Source of the DNA: Heptranchias perlo
Lineage: Eukaryota
NCBI RefSeq assembly: GCF_035084215.1
Contig: NW_027139666.1
Coordinates: forward strand, 3,038,001-3,102,000
Direction: 5' to 3'
DNA: 64,000 bases
Part shown: positions 24,230 to 39,302 of the stretch, piece by piece
Layout: the number at the start of each line of letters is the position of its first letter
Numbering within the stretch: the stretch's first letter is position 1
Notes under the pieces: generated by a model
The model's database searches: none
What the model was told of the DNA's origin: nothing
What the model saw: only the letters and a program-made list of their open reading frames with translations
Position numbers and translations under genes: made by a program

Positions 24230-24720
24230 CTTTATTTAATATTTCAAAATATACTTTATTTCATAAAATTCATGAATACACACAGTTCAATGTAAATATT
24301 ACAATTACAATTCAAAACAAATACAATACACATCATACGATTCCATTATTACAAGTCAAAACACAGTAAATATCTTCTAACACATGCTGTACAATACAAG
24401 GTGGGATAGCCTTACACGGTTGCCTTTCCCCATAAAGCCTTTGTGTAGGCCGCACCTCGCTTCAGTGTGCACCTCAGCATGAAATACTGGACCTTGGAGT
24501 GTGCCAGTGGCCAACACTTGGCCGCGGACAGTTCCCTCGGCAGGAAGACCAGCAAGTTTCGGGGGAACAAAGGGCCTCCTTGACCGAATTGATGGTCTTC
24601 CAGCAGCTGTTGATATCTGTCTCGGTGTGCATCTTGGACAACTGCCCATAGAGGACAGCGACCTGTGTTACCGAGCTGTTGGGGATGAACTCCTCTTCGA
24701 CACCACGGTATAGGGGTCCA
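24230..24720 (-). mobile_element. L1/Tx1-clade non-LTR element 3' end
   Basis: RNLLVF..RELS..KCW.LAHSKVQYFMLR.TLKRGAA.TKALWGKATV* C-terminus, then AATAAA on the reverse strand. Confidence 0.65.
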
Positions 24721-26069
24721 GTCTCCGTGGAGGGGGTTATCAGCTTTTACCCGAATACACGGATCCATTCGCCCACATTCATGTTAGTGTTTGGCAAACA
24801 CTATCTGATGTCTTTCACACACCTGTCGAACCTTGGGGTCAGAGACGGAGGGGGTATTTTCACCTTCACATCTTGGGCGGTAAACTGACGGAGCAAGAAT
24901 TAAAATCGGGTCGGTTCTGTAAGGGGCGGGTGATCCGCTCTACCAGTTCAGTCCCCAGCGATGGTGAAAATTTCCCTCCACGTGTTATGAACCGATGCAA
25001 TTTGAGAAAATGGACCAGCTTGTGGGCTTCGAAGATTCATTCTTGGGCGTAGGTCAGGAAAGGTGTGGCCGATTTTAAGTATCCTCGCCTGGCGGAAATA
25101 GGGTGGTCGAGGCTTGTAAATGATATCAGGTTACTTACCGCCCCTTTAACACTGGCGTTCCTGCCTCCACCATCGTGGGTCATGTCCTGAGAAGAGCGGC
25201 CCGAGCAACACCCACCTGTTTCCGGTCAGGCCACTTGTAATATGTAAATCAGAGTATTATGACGTACAGGGGAAACCATTTAATGCTGGCTAAAAATGGG
25301 TGGAGGAGCCGCCCTTTCGATGGGCATTGAGTGGTCCAGAACACTGAGAAGTTTCTTTTTGACTCATATTTTGTGGGGCAAGGAGGAGCAGGAGAGCTTT
25401 CCCTTGGCCTGCTGCGGCCGTGTGAAATCTCCCGCCCCCTGATCGTCTCAGAAATGTATCAGGAGGTTTCCTTATAGATCTCTGTAACCAGGCCCAGCCT
25501 CATGTCCCATTAAACTCCCTGCAGTGAGCAAACATTGCTGCACAGCAGCTCAGAGAGGAAACGATCTCCGGAACTCCCCACTGGAGTTTGAAATTACATT
25601 AATATTTTACAAGTTAGTAACGGTCCGGGTGTTGGTCCATTATTATTCTGTTCTGGTCAAAACAAATGTCCCAATGAACAGGACGCTGTCTGACCCTGAC
25701 AGCTCACCCTCAGTCCATCCCACAAGACAGTGTGTGTGATGGGAAATAATCATCAACCGAAATGGAGCATTTGATTTTATTCATTACAGGATTAAACATT
25801 TAATATTGAAATCATATTATTTCCCGACTAATAACAGCAAACCATTTCATGTTAGAATCACATCTTGTATTATTTCTCAAAAAGCATTTGTTGGATAAAA
25901 TATAATTCCTGTCTGTTATTTCCAAATTTATTTGAAGTATTGGATTGATATCAGTTACTTCAGTGAACTCATTGGTGGCAATGGATAGTAAAATCAGGCG
26001 TAGTGAACAATGGGGTCCCGATCCGTTATCGCCGACTTACTCCACCGCCAAAGCGGAAAATCCACTCTC

Positions 26070-26300
26070 TTAATTAGCAGTTTACAAAATTCTTATTCCA
26101 GCTGATTTGTAGAATCTCATGTGTTGGGGTTTGAATTGTGAAGCGGATTTTCTCCGCCAGTTTTACCGTCTCACAGAGACTCTCACCCTGAATCTGTGAA
26201 AAGGTTATGACCATGAACTGGGACTGGAGCCGAACACATCCCCAGTTACGGTGTGGCCTGGACACCCCATTCTCTCTGTTTTATATCAGACAGTATTCCA
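26070..26300. repeat. Copy of the H4-H1 intergenic segment (43990-44200) with the H1 gene missing
   Basis: Aligns to 43990-44200, then continues with CAGTATTCCACCTTCA as at 46443. Confidence 0.8.
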
Positions 26301-27209
26301 CCTTCAAAATCAGCAGTCGAGAGAGAAAGCGAGACACACACCGTCAGTCTTACACTTCCTATCAGTATGTTCATATCACGCTCAATAGCAGTATCCAAAC
26401 TTCAGATACAGCACCAGAGAGTGAGAGAGAAAGGGAGACAGATACGGTGACAGAACGAGCGGAGAGGCACAGTGCAACAGTATCAGTTCCAGACTGTCTT
26501 GTAAAGTTGCGTTTTATCCAGAAATTCCCGTTGTAGAGACAGAAGATGTAGTCTTATCTCTCACTGATATACCAGAGACGGACACACCATTAATCCCACA
26601 CTCAGGGACAGTGCAGAGAGTGACAAAAACAATGTGGGCCGAATTTAACCCTCTCTTGCCTGTTGTACTACATTCGGTTTTGCAGATCAGGGCCGTTCGC
26701 TATTACTCTCAGTGACCGAGAGTTTCAATCTGATTATATTAATATGGGACTGTTGCTGTCAGATATTAATCCTACACGCTCCCAGCAAATACACGGACTC
26801 CGAATTTCATCCCATTTTTCTCCAGGATTGGTTTGAGAAATCCTGCATCCAGTTTCGGAGTCACACGTTAATTAATGGTAAATGGGGCTAAGAATGAACA
26901 GAATCCTTTGGCTCATTTCAAAACGTCCCACTTTATCTATGAAAGACTATTTACCATCAAAAGATAACGAGAGAAACAGCAGGGATGGAAACATCTAGTT
27001 TAATAGTTAGAGATTGTAAAGTCAGTCTGGATTCCAGCGTTAGGCACTGGTGGAATCCCATCTGTTTCCCATTCTGGTGCCTGTTCCTGCACTGCCTGTG
27101 GACCCCATTCCCTCTGACCTTTCCCCCAGACCCACTTCCTTTGCTCAGACTCTGAAAAATTCCAATTGGGGAAAGTTTCCATCGATTTTTGTATTGGGAA
27201 TTAAAGCAG

Positions 27210-27600
27210 ATATCTGCGCATGCGTGAATCAGCCCCGCCCCCCGCGCTGCTTGTTGGTGAGTGGAAGAGGGCATGCGCGATCCCCTCCCCCTGCTCGGCC
27301 GATTGGGGCCATTCCCTCAGTGAGCGGAAGAAGATGGTTTAAAACAGCCGAGAATGGAGTGATCACGGCCCCCGGGGGAAGGGAGCAAAGAGCAGCCTCG
27401 TTACAGCAGCTCATCGCTTCGGGACCGTGTCCGCAGATGGACTCAGAGATCGGTATTGAGTCCGGTGGAAGGTCAGGGGGAGTCCGGGGGCTTTTCGTAA
27501 GAGGCGGAGTGGATCAGGAAATTGTCCCGGAACATGGAGTGAGAGGGGGAAGGGAGAGGTCATTCTCGGGCAGTGTGTGTACCGGGTGTGTCCAGGGGAA
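27210..27600 (+). promoter_or_regulatory. CpG/NRF1/ETS promoter-like module, copy 2
   Basis: Reverse complement of 9030-9420. Confidence 0.5.
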
Positions 27601-29307
27601 GGGAGAGAGAATGGGGAGAAACTGCTATTTAAAATCATTGCTGCTTTCTCTCCCCAAACCAGTAGTGAATGTTCCTGGTTTAGTTCCAGTCTCACCCTGT
27701 TTATTGTTATTGGAGAGTGAATTGTGGAAACAGAGACGGACAGTAATGATGTGTGGACTGAGACAAAGAGCAACTATTGAAGGCACCAGGTGAGAAGTGT
27801 GAAGGACACAATTTAAACAACTGCTGTTATATTTCTGTTGAACGGTTATTCTCCTGGGAGAGGGAATTAGAAACCTGACCTGTACAAAGTCCCCACCCCA
27901 TCGGGTAGTCCCATTCATGGATCAGTGCGGGGGTTGGGTTGAGTCTGGATGTCACTAAATTGTTGTAAAACAGCCCAACACACCTGGTGTGCAGAAGCTG
28001 AGTGCTGCAGTACTGCAGTGGAGTCAGACACTGACACTGTTTGTATCGCTGATTTATATAATTATCATTAACAGAGCTATTAAACTTATCACTTTTGTAT
28101 TTTCTACCTCACTGGTTCTGGAGTTACAACAGTTACTTTTTTCTTCTGACAGAAAAATACTTGAAGGGCCAAGAATAAATGTGATGCTTCCTCCATCCTA
28201 GGCACAAGGAACAGTGCAGCCAGCTCCTCCTCACACACAGTAGGTACGTTATCATTCACAGAGACGCAGACAGGTCATCAGTTCCACAGTCTCAGACAGC
28301 AGAAGCAGTCAGTCCCAAACTGATCCCAATATCCGGAGGCACATTTTCAATCCAACACGGAAACAGAGCAGGTGAGGCAGACGCTGCTTCCATTTCCCCC
28401 TAACTCAGTACCACTGACAGGTAGATACAAAAATCCCAGTCCAAAGTCATGCTTTAAGATTGTCAATCCCACAGTAGGTTAACGGTAGCTACGAATTAAA
28501 TACCAGATAGTAATCACACATGGTGCCCGATTGAAAGGTACGGAATGAATTGCAATAATGTAACCCGAGATTCAAATTGAATACTTGACAAGAACTTCAC
28601 ACACATGTGAGTTTAATACATGTCGTATCCATTCGAATAGTGTAGCATGAGATACAAATTGCATACAGGTCCAAAACTCTCATACAGTGTCAGATTGAGA
28701 AATGCTGTGACAGCGGAACATGAGAAACAAATTAGATATCAGTTTATAATACACTCATGGTATGAGATTTAAAGATACAGTATCAATTCTATTAGTGCAG
28801 ACTGAGATACACATTACACAGCAGTCCAAAAATGTCATCATATCAGTTTGAAAGATACATTATCATTCAAATTTGTGTTCAGAGATACAGATTTAATCAT
28901 AGTCCAAAAAGCACACAAATTATCTGATTAAAAACCTCCAGCATCTTATCCGAAAGTGCATCCATATTTACAAATTAAATAATGAGAAAAACTATTCAAA
29001 CATTAAGATATTAAAGCTAAATTATTGAACGCTATAATGTAAACAGAGAGAATAATTTTACAGACACAGAATGAATCCCACACTCGCATACCGTACCAGA
29101 GACTGAGACACGCAGAAGGAATCTCAAACTCACATACAATACCAGAGACTGACAGATACAAAAAGTGAATCCCACACTCACACACAGCACCAGAGACTGA
29201 CAGGTAAAGTATGAATCCCACACTCACACAAGCTACCTGAGACTGAGATACAGAAAGAATCCCAAATTAACCTACAGTATGAGAAACTGCATATGTGGAA
29301 ATAATAC

Positions 29308-30870
29308 ACACACACACAGTACTAGAGAAGGTATATACAGACCGAAACCCACACACAGTACCAGAGAAGGTATATACAGAGTGAATCCCACACACAGTAC
29401 CAGAGAAGGTATATACAGAGTGAATCCCACACACAGTACTAGAGAAGGTATATACAGAGTGAATCCCACACACAGTACTGGAGAAGGTATATACAGAATG
29501 AATCCCACACACAGCACAAGAGAAGGTATATACAGAATGAATCCCACACACAGTACTGGAGAAGGTATATACAGAATGAATCCCACACACAGTACCAGAG
29601 AAGGTATATACAGAATGAATCCCACACACAGTACCAGAGAAGGTATATACAGAGTGAATCTCACACACAGTACGAGAGAAGGTATATACAGAGTGAATCC
29701 CACACACATTACTAGAGAAGGTATATACAGAATGAATCCCACACACAGTACTAGAGAAGGTATATACAGAGTGAATCCCACACACAATACTAGAGAAGGT
29801 ATATACAGAGTGAATCCCACACACAGTACCAGAGAAGGTATATACAGAGTGAGCCCCACACACAGTACCAGAGAAGGTATATACAGAGTGAATCACACAC
29901 ACAGTACTAGAGAAGGTATATACAGAGTGAATCACACACACAGTACTAGAGAAGGAAAATACAGAGTGAATCCCACACACAGTACCAGAGAAGGTATATA
30001 CAGAATGAATCCCACACACAGCACAAGAGAAGGTATATACAGAATGAATCCCACACACAGTACTGGAGAAGGTATATACAGAGTGAATCCCACACACAGT
30101 ACTGGAGAAGGTATATACAGAGTGAATCCCACACACAGTTCTAGTGAAGGTATATACAGAGTGAATCCCACACACAGTAATAGAGAAGGTATGTACAGAG
30201 TGAATGCCACACACAGTAATAGAGAAGGCATGTACAGAATGAATGCCACACACAGTACCAGAGAAGGTATATACAGAGTGAATCCCACACACAGTACCAG
30301 AGAAGGTATATACAGAATGAATCCCACACACAGTACTAGAGAAGGTATGTACAGAATGAATCCCACACACAGTACTAGAGAAGGTATATACAGAGTGAAT
30401 CCCACACACAGTACCAGAGAAGGTATATACAGAGTGAATCCCACATATAGTACCAGAGAAGGTATATACAGAGTGAATCCTGCACACAGTACCAGAGAAG
30501 GTATATACAGTATAAATTCCACACACAGTACCAGAGAAGGTATATACAGAGTGAATGCCACACACAGTACCAGAGAAGGTATATACAGAGTGAATCCCAC
30601 ACACAGTACAAGAGAAGGTATATACAGAGTGAATCCCACACACAGTACTAGAGAAGGTATATACAGAGTGAATCCCACACACATTACTAGAGAAGGTATA
30701 TACAGAATGAATCCCACACACAGTACTAGAGAAGGTATATACAGAGTGAATCCCACACACAGTACCAGAGAAGGTATATACAGAATGAATCCCACACACA
30801 GTACTAGAGAGGTATATACAGAATTTTTCCCACACACAGTACTAGAGAAGGTATATACAGAGTGAATCCC
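29308..30870. repeat. Homogeneous 39-bp minisatellite, about 40 copies (CACACAGTACCAGAGAAGGTATATACAGAGTGAATCCCA)
   Basis: Near-perfect 13-codon periodicity. Confidence 0.97.
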
Positions 30871-31409
30871 GCACTCACATAGAGTACCAGAGTGTGACAG
30901 ATACAGAATCTATCCCACAATCACACACAGTACCAGAGACTGAGAGATCCCAAATGAATCTCACAGTCACCTACATTAGTACAGGCTGATTTACACTTAA
31001 CATACCAGACCAAATATCTCATAATGTCAGATTGAAAGATACATTATCAATTCCATTGGTGCAGACTGATCTACACATTACATATCACTTCAAAAAAACT
31101 GACACAGATTCAGACTGAAATATACAGTATTCCATTCACACAGACTGAGCTACACATTATATACAAGTTCAAAAATGTCACCATATCAGTTTGGAAGACA
31201 CACCAAATCACAATTGTGTTTCCATCGATACAGATTTAATATTATTCCAAAAAGTGCCCACATTCTCTGATTATAACCTGCAACATTACATTTTGAAGTG
31301 TATCAGTATCTACCAATAAAAGACTGGGGAACATATTCATACATTAATGTATTAAAGTACAGTTTTGAATGCTGTACAATAAACGGAGATACAATTTACT
31401 TAAATATAA

Positions 31410-31660
31410 TGAATGAATCTCACACTCAGATACAGTGCCAGAGACTGACATGTACAATGAATCCCATGCTCACACAATGTACCAGTGACTGGCAGATCCA
31501 GATTGAATGCCGCACTCACACACTGTGGCACAGACTGACAGATACAGAATTTATATCACTCACATATGGTTTCAGAAATTAGGAGGTATGGAATGAATAT
31601 CTCACTCACTTACAGCACCAGATACAAACAGAAACAGAATGAATCACTCATACACGCGCG

Positions 31661-31701
<41 letters not shown>

Positions 31702-33480
31702 ACACACAACCAGAGACTGATAGGAACACAATTAATCCCACACTCACATACAGTACCAGTGATTGAGAGATACAGAATGAATCCCACACTCGCACACAGT
31801 ACAAGAGACTGACAGATACAGAATGAACCCCACACCCACACACAGTACCAGAGATTGACAGATACAGACTGAATCCCACACTCACACACAGTACCAGAGA
31901 ATGACAGATACAGGATGAATCCCACACTCACACACAATACCAGGGACTGAGAGATAAAGAATTAATCACACACTCACACACAGTACCACCGATTGACAGA
32001 TACAGAATTAATCTCACAGTCATGTTACTGCAGACTGAGTTACACATCAGATACCAGTCCAAAAACCTCATAGTGTCTGATTGAAAGATGCAGTATCAAT
32101 TCCATTAGTGCAGACTGAGCTACATTTTATATACATTGCAAAATACTCATACAGTATTATACTGAAACATACAGTATCAATACCATTGGTACAGACTGAG
32201 CTACACGTTACACACAAGTCCAAAAACCTCATAAATGATCAGACTGGAAGATGTAGTTTCAATTCTATTATCACAGACTGAGACACAGATGACATGGCAG
32301 TCCAACAATCTCATAAATGATGACTGGAAGATACAGTATCAATTCTATTAGCACAGACTGAACTACACATTACATATCAGTCCGAAAATCTCATACAATA
32401 TTAGGCTGTAAGATACAGTATCAATTTCATTAGTGCAGACTGAACCACACATGATATAGCAGTCCAAGAATCTCAAAGAGTATCAGACTCAAAGATACAA
32501 TATCAATTCCATTTGCACAGACTGAGGTACATGTGACACACCAGTCCAAAAATCTCATAGAATATCACATTGAAAGATTCAGTATCACTTCCATTAGTGC
32601 AGACTGAGCTACATCTCACATTCCAGGCCAAAAATATCATACAGTATCAGACTGATAGAGACAGTATCCACTCCTTTAGTGCAGGATGAGCTACATTTAA
32701 TACCAGTTCAAAAATCTCATACAGTGTTCGACCCAGATACAGAATTAATTCCGTCAGTGCAGACTGAGCTGCACACTACATACCAGTCCAATAATTTCAC
32801 TGTGAACAGATTGAAAGGTACATTATCATTCACAATAGAGTTCAGAGATTAAGATGTGATCCCACTCCAAAACTCACACACGTTGTTTGATTGAAGGAAA
32901 TTAATATTTACAGATTAAATACACGATGAAGAACTATATCATTTAAAGTGTTAAAGATACAGTTTCAAATACAATGCTGTAAACTGAAAGAAGAATACAG
33001 AATGAATCCAGACTTGCACATTGTCTCAGAGACTGAATTACAGAATGAATCCCAAACTGAGATAAAGCAGCAGAGAATGGCAGATACAGAATGTATCCCA
33101 CACTCAGATACAACACCAGAGATTGACAGATACAGAATGTATCCCACACTCAGATACAACACCAGAGATTGACAGTTGCAGAGTTAATTCCACACTCACA
33201 CATAGTACCAGAGACTGACTGATACAGAATGAACCCATCACTTATATGCAGTACCTGAAACTGACAGATGCAGAATATACCCCATGCTCACACTCAAAAA
33301 CAGAGTCTGACAGATACAGAATGAATCCCAACGTACCAGAGACTGACAGATACAGAATGAACCCATCACTTATATATAGTACCTGAAACTGACAGATGCA
33401 GAATATACCCCATGCTCACACTCAATAACAGAGTCTGACAGATACAGAATAAACCCCACAAGACACAGTACCAGAGATTG
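31410..33480. repeat. 46-bp and ~82-bp satellite arrays (inverted relative to 6030-8060)
   Basis: Same units on the opposite strand. Confidence 0.85.
31653..31708. repeat. (CG)n(CA)n microsatellite
   Basis: cacgcgcgcgcgcgcgcacacaca... Confidence 0.95.
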
Positions 33481-33989
33481 ACCTCTACTGGACGTAAGCG
33501 AGAACTGTAAAAGAGCGGAACCAATTCACATTTCCTGTCGTGGTTACAGAAACAGGACAATGTGCAATGTGAGGAAAGTTTCTGTCTGTAACTTTTATTC
33601 TCGTATTTTTGCACATTTTGATAGTGAAAAATGAAGTCAATTGATTCATAATAATTTTTTTGTTTTACTCATTCGATAGTTGTGAATTTGCCCCATTATT
33701 TTTCACTTACATTGCGCAGTATTTCTCTCTAATTTCTCAGGATGATTTACATTGCTCCTCTGTCCCGTTTAGACTCTTAATTTCCAAGCAGTATGTGGCC
33801 TCCTTCATCCCCCTGGCAAAATGCACCAGCTCACACCTTTCTATATTGAAATTCAATGGCCATTTACACGGCCGTTCTGCAAGCTGATTTTCTCGTAGTC
33901 TTCCTCGATATAGACAATATAACCGAAATTAATTACAAGAATTTAAAACAGCGTTGCAGGTAGTGTTTGGTCCAACAGCTCGTCTCCAT

Positions 33990-34200
33990 TCCCAGTTTTT
34001 CTAAATCCCACTCGTGCAATATAATGTGAAGAATGAGTTGATCTTCTGTCCCTCTCTCATCTGCAAACTTCAATGATCCGGGATTTGGGGACATCTACTG
34101 GCCGGAAGCAGAACTGCAACAGTTCGGAACAAATTGCTGAAACCGGACAATGTGCAGTATGAGCGTGTTTGTGATTGGTGCCAGGTATTAAATCTGATTT
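33990..34200 (+). repeat. Orphan H2B distal promoter segment with CTCF-like site
   Basis: Matches 38910-39120. Confidence 0.8.
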
Positions 34201-35149
34201 TTTTTCTACCTGCCCTGTTTGTGATTGAACAGTAAACAGAGCCGGACAGTAAGGATGTGGGGAGTTATACAAAGAGCATCTATTGCAGGCATCATGTGAG
34301 AAATATGAAGGACACATTTTAAACAGCAGCTCTGTGGTTTTGGTTGAACTGTTAGCCCCATCGGAGAGGGGTTTAGAAGCCTGACCTGTGCAAAGGGCCC
34401 CGCCCCATCGGGTCGTCCCATTCATGGATCAGTGAAGGTGTTGGATTGTGTCTGGATGTCACTAAATTGTTGTAAAACAGCCCAACACACCTGGTGTACA
34501 GAAGCTGAGTGCTGCAGTACTGCAGTGGAGTCAGACACTGACACTGTTTGTATCACTGGTTTTCATTTGTGGATATTACAATGATTATTAACAGAGAGAT
34601 TCAATTGATCACTTTTGTATTTTCTACCTCACCTGTTCTTGAGTTACAAGACTTAATTTCTCTTTCTACAGGCAAATACTTGAAGGACCCAGAATCAGTG
34701 TGATGTTTCCTCCGCAAGGAACAGTGCAGCCAGCTCCTTCTCACACACAGTATGTACGTTATCACTCAGAGAGCACAGAGACACACGCAAGTCATCAGTT
34801 CCACAGTCTCACACAGCAGAAATAGTCAATCCCACACTGATCCCAATCCAACAGTCAAACAGAGCAGGAGATACAGATGGAATTTCCATTTCTAAACAAC
34901 TCAGTACCGCTGACAGGCAGATAAATAATTCCCAGTCCAAATCACACCCAGTATCAGATTGAAACGAACTGTGTTAATCTCACATTAGTTCAGCCTTAGC
35001 TACAAATTAAATACCAGTTAGAACTGACATATGGGACCGATTGATAGATACAGAATGAATCACAATAGTTTACCCCGAGATTCAAATTAAATACCAGCCC
35101 ACAACTCACACACATTATGAGTTTAAAGATGCAGTATTCATGCCAATAG

Positions 35150-36880
35150 TGTACACTGAGATACAAATTAGATACCAGTTCAGATGTTACCCATATTTGA
35201 CTCACATATATGTCCACAAACTTCATAGTGTCAGAATGAAATGTACAGTGTCAATTCCTTTACTGCAGACTGAGGTACACATTAGATACCAGTCCAAAAT
35301 TCTCATACAGTATCAGATTGAAAGATACAATATCAATTCCATTAATACAGATTGAGCTGCTCATTATATACCAGTGCAAAATTCACATGCAGTATCGTAC
35401 TGAAATATACAGTTTCAATTCCTTTACTGCAGACTGAGGTACACAGTAGATGCCAGTCCAAAAATCACATTCAGTGTCAGACTGAAAGACACAGTTTCGA
35501 TTTGACTCGTATAGACTGACCCACACGTTACATGCCAGTATACACATCTCACACAGTATCAGACTGAAAGATACAGTATCAATCCCATTATTGCAGACTG
35601 AGCGACACATCATATACTGGTCTAAAAATCTCAGTGACAGGTTGAAAGATACAGTATTAATTCCAACAGTGCAGATTGAGCGACACATTATATACGGTCC
35701 AAAATTCGAATACAGTATCGTAATGAAAGATACAGTATCAATTTCATTACTGCAGACTGAGGTACACATTTGTTACCAGTCCAAAATTCTCATACAGTAT
35801 CAGATTGAAAGATGCATTATCAATTCCATTAGTGCAGACTGAGCTACACATTACATACAGTCCAAAAATCACATTCAGGGTCATGCTGAAAGATACAGTA
35901 TCAATCCCAGTATTGCAGACTGAGCCACACCTTACAAACCAATCTAAATATATTACACGGTATTAGACTGAAAGGCACAGTACGAATTCCATTAGTACAG
36001 ACCCAGCTACATATTGTATGCAGTCCAAAATTCGTATATACATATTATCATATTGAAACATACAGTCTGAATCCTATTAGTGTAGACGAAGCTACACATA
36101 GCAAACGATTCCAATAATTACTTCAAACTCATGCTGAAAGGTATGGCATCAATTCCATTATTGCGGACTGAGTTATTCCTGACATACCAGTCCAAATATA
36201 GCACAAAGTGTCAGCCTGAAAGATAAAGTATCAATTCCATTAGTGCAGACTGAGCTACACAATAAATACCAGATCAATAATTTCACGGTAAAATATTGAA
36301 ATATACATTATCATTTACAATAGTCTTTCAAGAGATTAAGATGTAATCCTACACCAAACCTCACACATTGTTTGATTGAAACAAAATACAGAAGTGTATC
36401 CATATTTAAAAAATAATGCTAGACAAAGGACCGTGCAAACATTAATGAATTAAAGATGCAGTTTCAAGTAACATGCTGTATCCTGAAATAAGAATACAGA
36501 ACGAATCCAGACTTGCACATTGTCCCAGAGACTGAGTTACAGAATGAATCCCACACTGAGATAAAATTCCAGAGACTTCCAGTCACAGAATGAATCCCAC
36601 ACTCACAGGTGGCTCCAGAGACTGACAGATACAGAATGAATCCCACACTCACACACAGTACCAGAGACTGACAGATACAGAATGAATCCCACACTCACAG
36701 ACAGCACCAGAGACTGACAGATACAGAATGAATCCCACACTCAGACACAGTACCAGAGACTGACAAATTCAGAATTGATCCCACACTCACACAAAGTACC
36801 AGAAACTGACAAATTCAGAATTAATCTCACACTCACAGACAGTACTGGAGGCTGACAGATACAGAATGAATATACAGTCT
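35150..36880. repeat. ~82-bp then 46-bp satellite arrays
   Basis: Inverted paralog of 2625-4570. Confidence 0.85.
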
Positions 36881-37643
36881 GACATCGACTGGCCGTAAGC
36901 GAGAACTCTAACAGAGTGGAACAAATTCACATTGTCTGTCGTTACAGAAACAGGACAAAGTGCAATGTGAGGAAATAGTTTCTCTCTGTAACTTCTACTC
37001 TGTTTTTAAAAAATATTTTGAAAGTGAAAAATTAAGCCAACTGACTCATAATAAAGTTTTTGTTTTGTTGATTCAAAAGTTGTGAATTTGCCCCATTATA
37101 TTTCACTGTACATTGCGCAATATTTCTGTCTGATTTCTCAGAACATGAATTGGATTAATTCAAATAAATCGAACTAAAACACAAATAAAAACTGAGCACA
37201 AAGCTGGAAGTTTTAATGGCGACCGTCAAAAGTGAAAGGGAGAAAATAGAGAGAAAAAAATACCAAAAATGCTGGAAAGACTCAGCAGGTCCCGCAGCAT
37301 ATGTGGAGAAGGGAAGCTCGGGTTAACGGTTCAGGACTATGACCCTTCAATAGATCAGAAAGGTTAATCCGACATAATTTAAATAAGGGACGGGAATCAG
37401 CAGAGGGAAAAACTTCAGAAAGTCTATTCACTTCACTGAATCCGGGCAATTGTTTCCCGTATCCACTGTACAGATCAGTGTAAATAATAATACAAAGGGA
37501 AAGAGTTAAATTCAAAGTTATGAGGGAAAGAAATTACCTTTCAAAGTATTTTTTTAATATAAATAAGAACCGTTTGTGTTTTCGAAACACTATCCCTCTG
37601 AACATCATCAAATTCGGTTCCAGTCTTGGTGATTCTGAATTCA

Positions 37644-37714
37644 GCGTGCTGGGATTCAAACCTGTTGGAATGAACTGTTTGGAAGGCAGCTCTGCTCACC
37701 ATTATAGCGCCATA
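37644..37714 (-). pseudogene. tRNA-Gly(TCC)-derived pseudogene
   Basis: Reverse strand GGCGCTATAATGGTGAGCAGAGCTGCCTTCCAAACAGTT. Confidence 0.7.
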
Positions 37715-37879
37715 TTTCACTAGGAGGGAAAATCGAGTGTTTCTGTGGAGTTTGGGTTTGGGGTTTCTGGTACTTTAATCAAAGACAATAAATAGTTTCC
37801 AAACATCAGCCCCTGAACAGACACAAAAAGCTGGTAGAATTTCTCATTCATAGATATTAAATAAGAGGATGGCAAAAGC

Positions 37880-38850
37880 GAATAGGAAGAGGTTAGGAAG
37901 AAGTCACAAAAACAATTAGGGAAGCAAATTATCAAGGAATATAAAAAGAAATAGTAAATTATTCCACAGACACAAAAATAACAAAAGGAAAACCAGAATA
38001 GTTTGAGTGCCACTAAGGGATGCACAAGATAAACTCACAGGTAATGTCAGCGAAATGGCAGAAATATTGAATTGTTACTTTGCCTCAGTATTTACCAGGG
38101 AGATTAACAGGGTAAATATGATATAGATGAAGAGGTCAATAAAGATATCAAGACATTTAAGTTAGAAAGGGTGGTTAAACTGGTCCAGATGGATTGCATC
38201 CGCACATATTAAATGAAGCAAGGGAAGAGATAGCAGAGGCACTGTTGCACACATAGAAAAATATCATCACAAAAACGAATAGTGCCAAAGGGCAGGATGA
38301 TAGTTAATGTGATTCATATATTTTGAAACAGGAGATAGAACAAGTCCAGGGAACTATAGGCCAGTTAACAAAAGGTCGGTGGTAGGAATGATCATGGAAT
38401 CTTTTACTCAATGAAGCAATCGAAAAACATCGAGAAACCGAAAATATAATAAAGAATAGTCAGCACGGATTTCAGAAAGGGAATGTTTAACAGTTTGACA
38501 GAAGGTTTGAAAGTTTAAATTACAGTTCAACATAACTTATCTGCTTTTCAATTCTATTCCTCTAGAAATAAACCCCAGTGCTGTGTTTGCTTTCTGTGGC
38601 CTCATCAACCTGTGTTGCTACTTTTAATGATTTGTCAATCTGTACCCCGAAATCCCTTCGCTCTTCTACCACATTTAAACTCTTATTTTCCAAGCAGTAT
38701 GAGGCCTCCTTATTCCCCCGAGCAAAATGCACCATCTCACACCTTTCTATATTGAAATTCAATGGCCATTTACACCGCCTTTCATCAAGCTTATTAAAGT
38801 CTTCTTGTATTTTGTTGGATTCTTCGTCAGTATAGACTATACACCCTAAA
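37880..38850. mobile_element. Two opposed CR1-like LINE relics, inverted paralogs of 660-1625
   Basis: NFNIERCEMVHFARGNKEASYCLENKSL...DFGVQIDKSLKVATQVD on the minus strand. Confidence 0.75.
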
Positions 38851-39089
38851 TTAATTACAAGAATTTAAGACAGCATGCAACCAACATTTGGTCCAACCAA
38901 ATGTTTCCAATTCCCAGTTTTTCTAAATCCCACTCGTGCAACATAATGTGAAGAATGAGTTTATCTTCTGTCCCTCTCTCATCTGCAAACTTCAATGTCC
39001 CGGGGTTTGGGGACATCTACTGGCCGGAAGCAGAACTGCAACAGTTCGGAACAAATTGCTGAAACCGGACAATGTGCAGTGTGAGCGTG

Positions 39090-39250
39090 TTTGTGATTGG
39101 TGGCAGGTGTTATATCTGATTGGTTTCTTCAGATATCCAATCAGAGAGTGAATGGAAAAGGTGACGTTGTATCACTCCGAATGACCCAATCACAATCATT
39201 GCCTTCCTCCATCCCTCATTAGCATAGGGCTGTGGGGCTGCCTATTTAAT
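39090..39250 (+). promoter_or_regulatory. H2B promoter: CCAAT boxes, ATTAGCAT (39218-39225), TATTTAA (39243)
   Basis: Motifs read directly. Confidence 0.8.
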
Positions 39251-39302
39251 CCGAGTTCGGAGCGGATTTGGGTCATTCCTGGGTCTGAAATTGAGTTTGA
39301 AA

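Noticed and set aside
24870-25480. Possible MITE or non-autonomous DNA element
   Set aside because: Looks like interspersed repeat, but no TIRs or TSD could be defined by eye
29267-30865. 528-aa and 522-aa repetitive ORFs as protein genes
   Set aside because: Explained by a 39-bp (13-codon) satellite open on both strands; no promoter, splice or domain evidence
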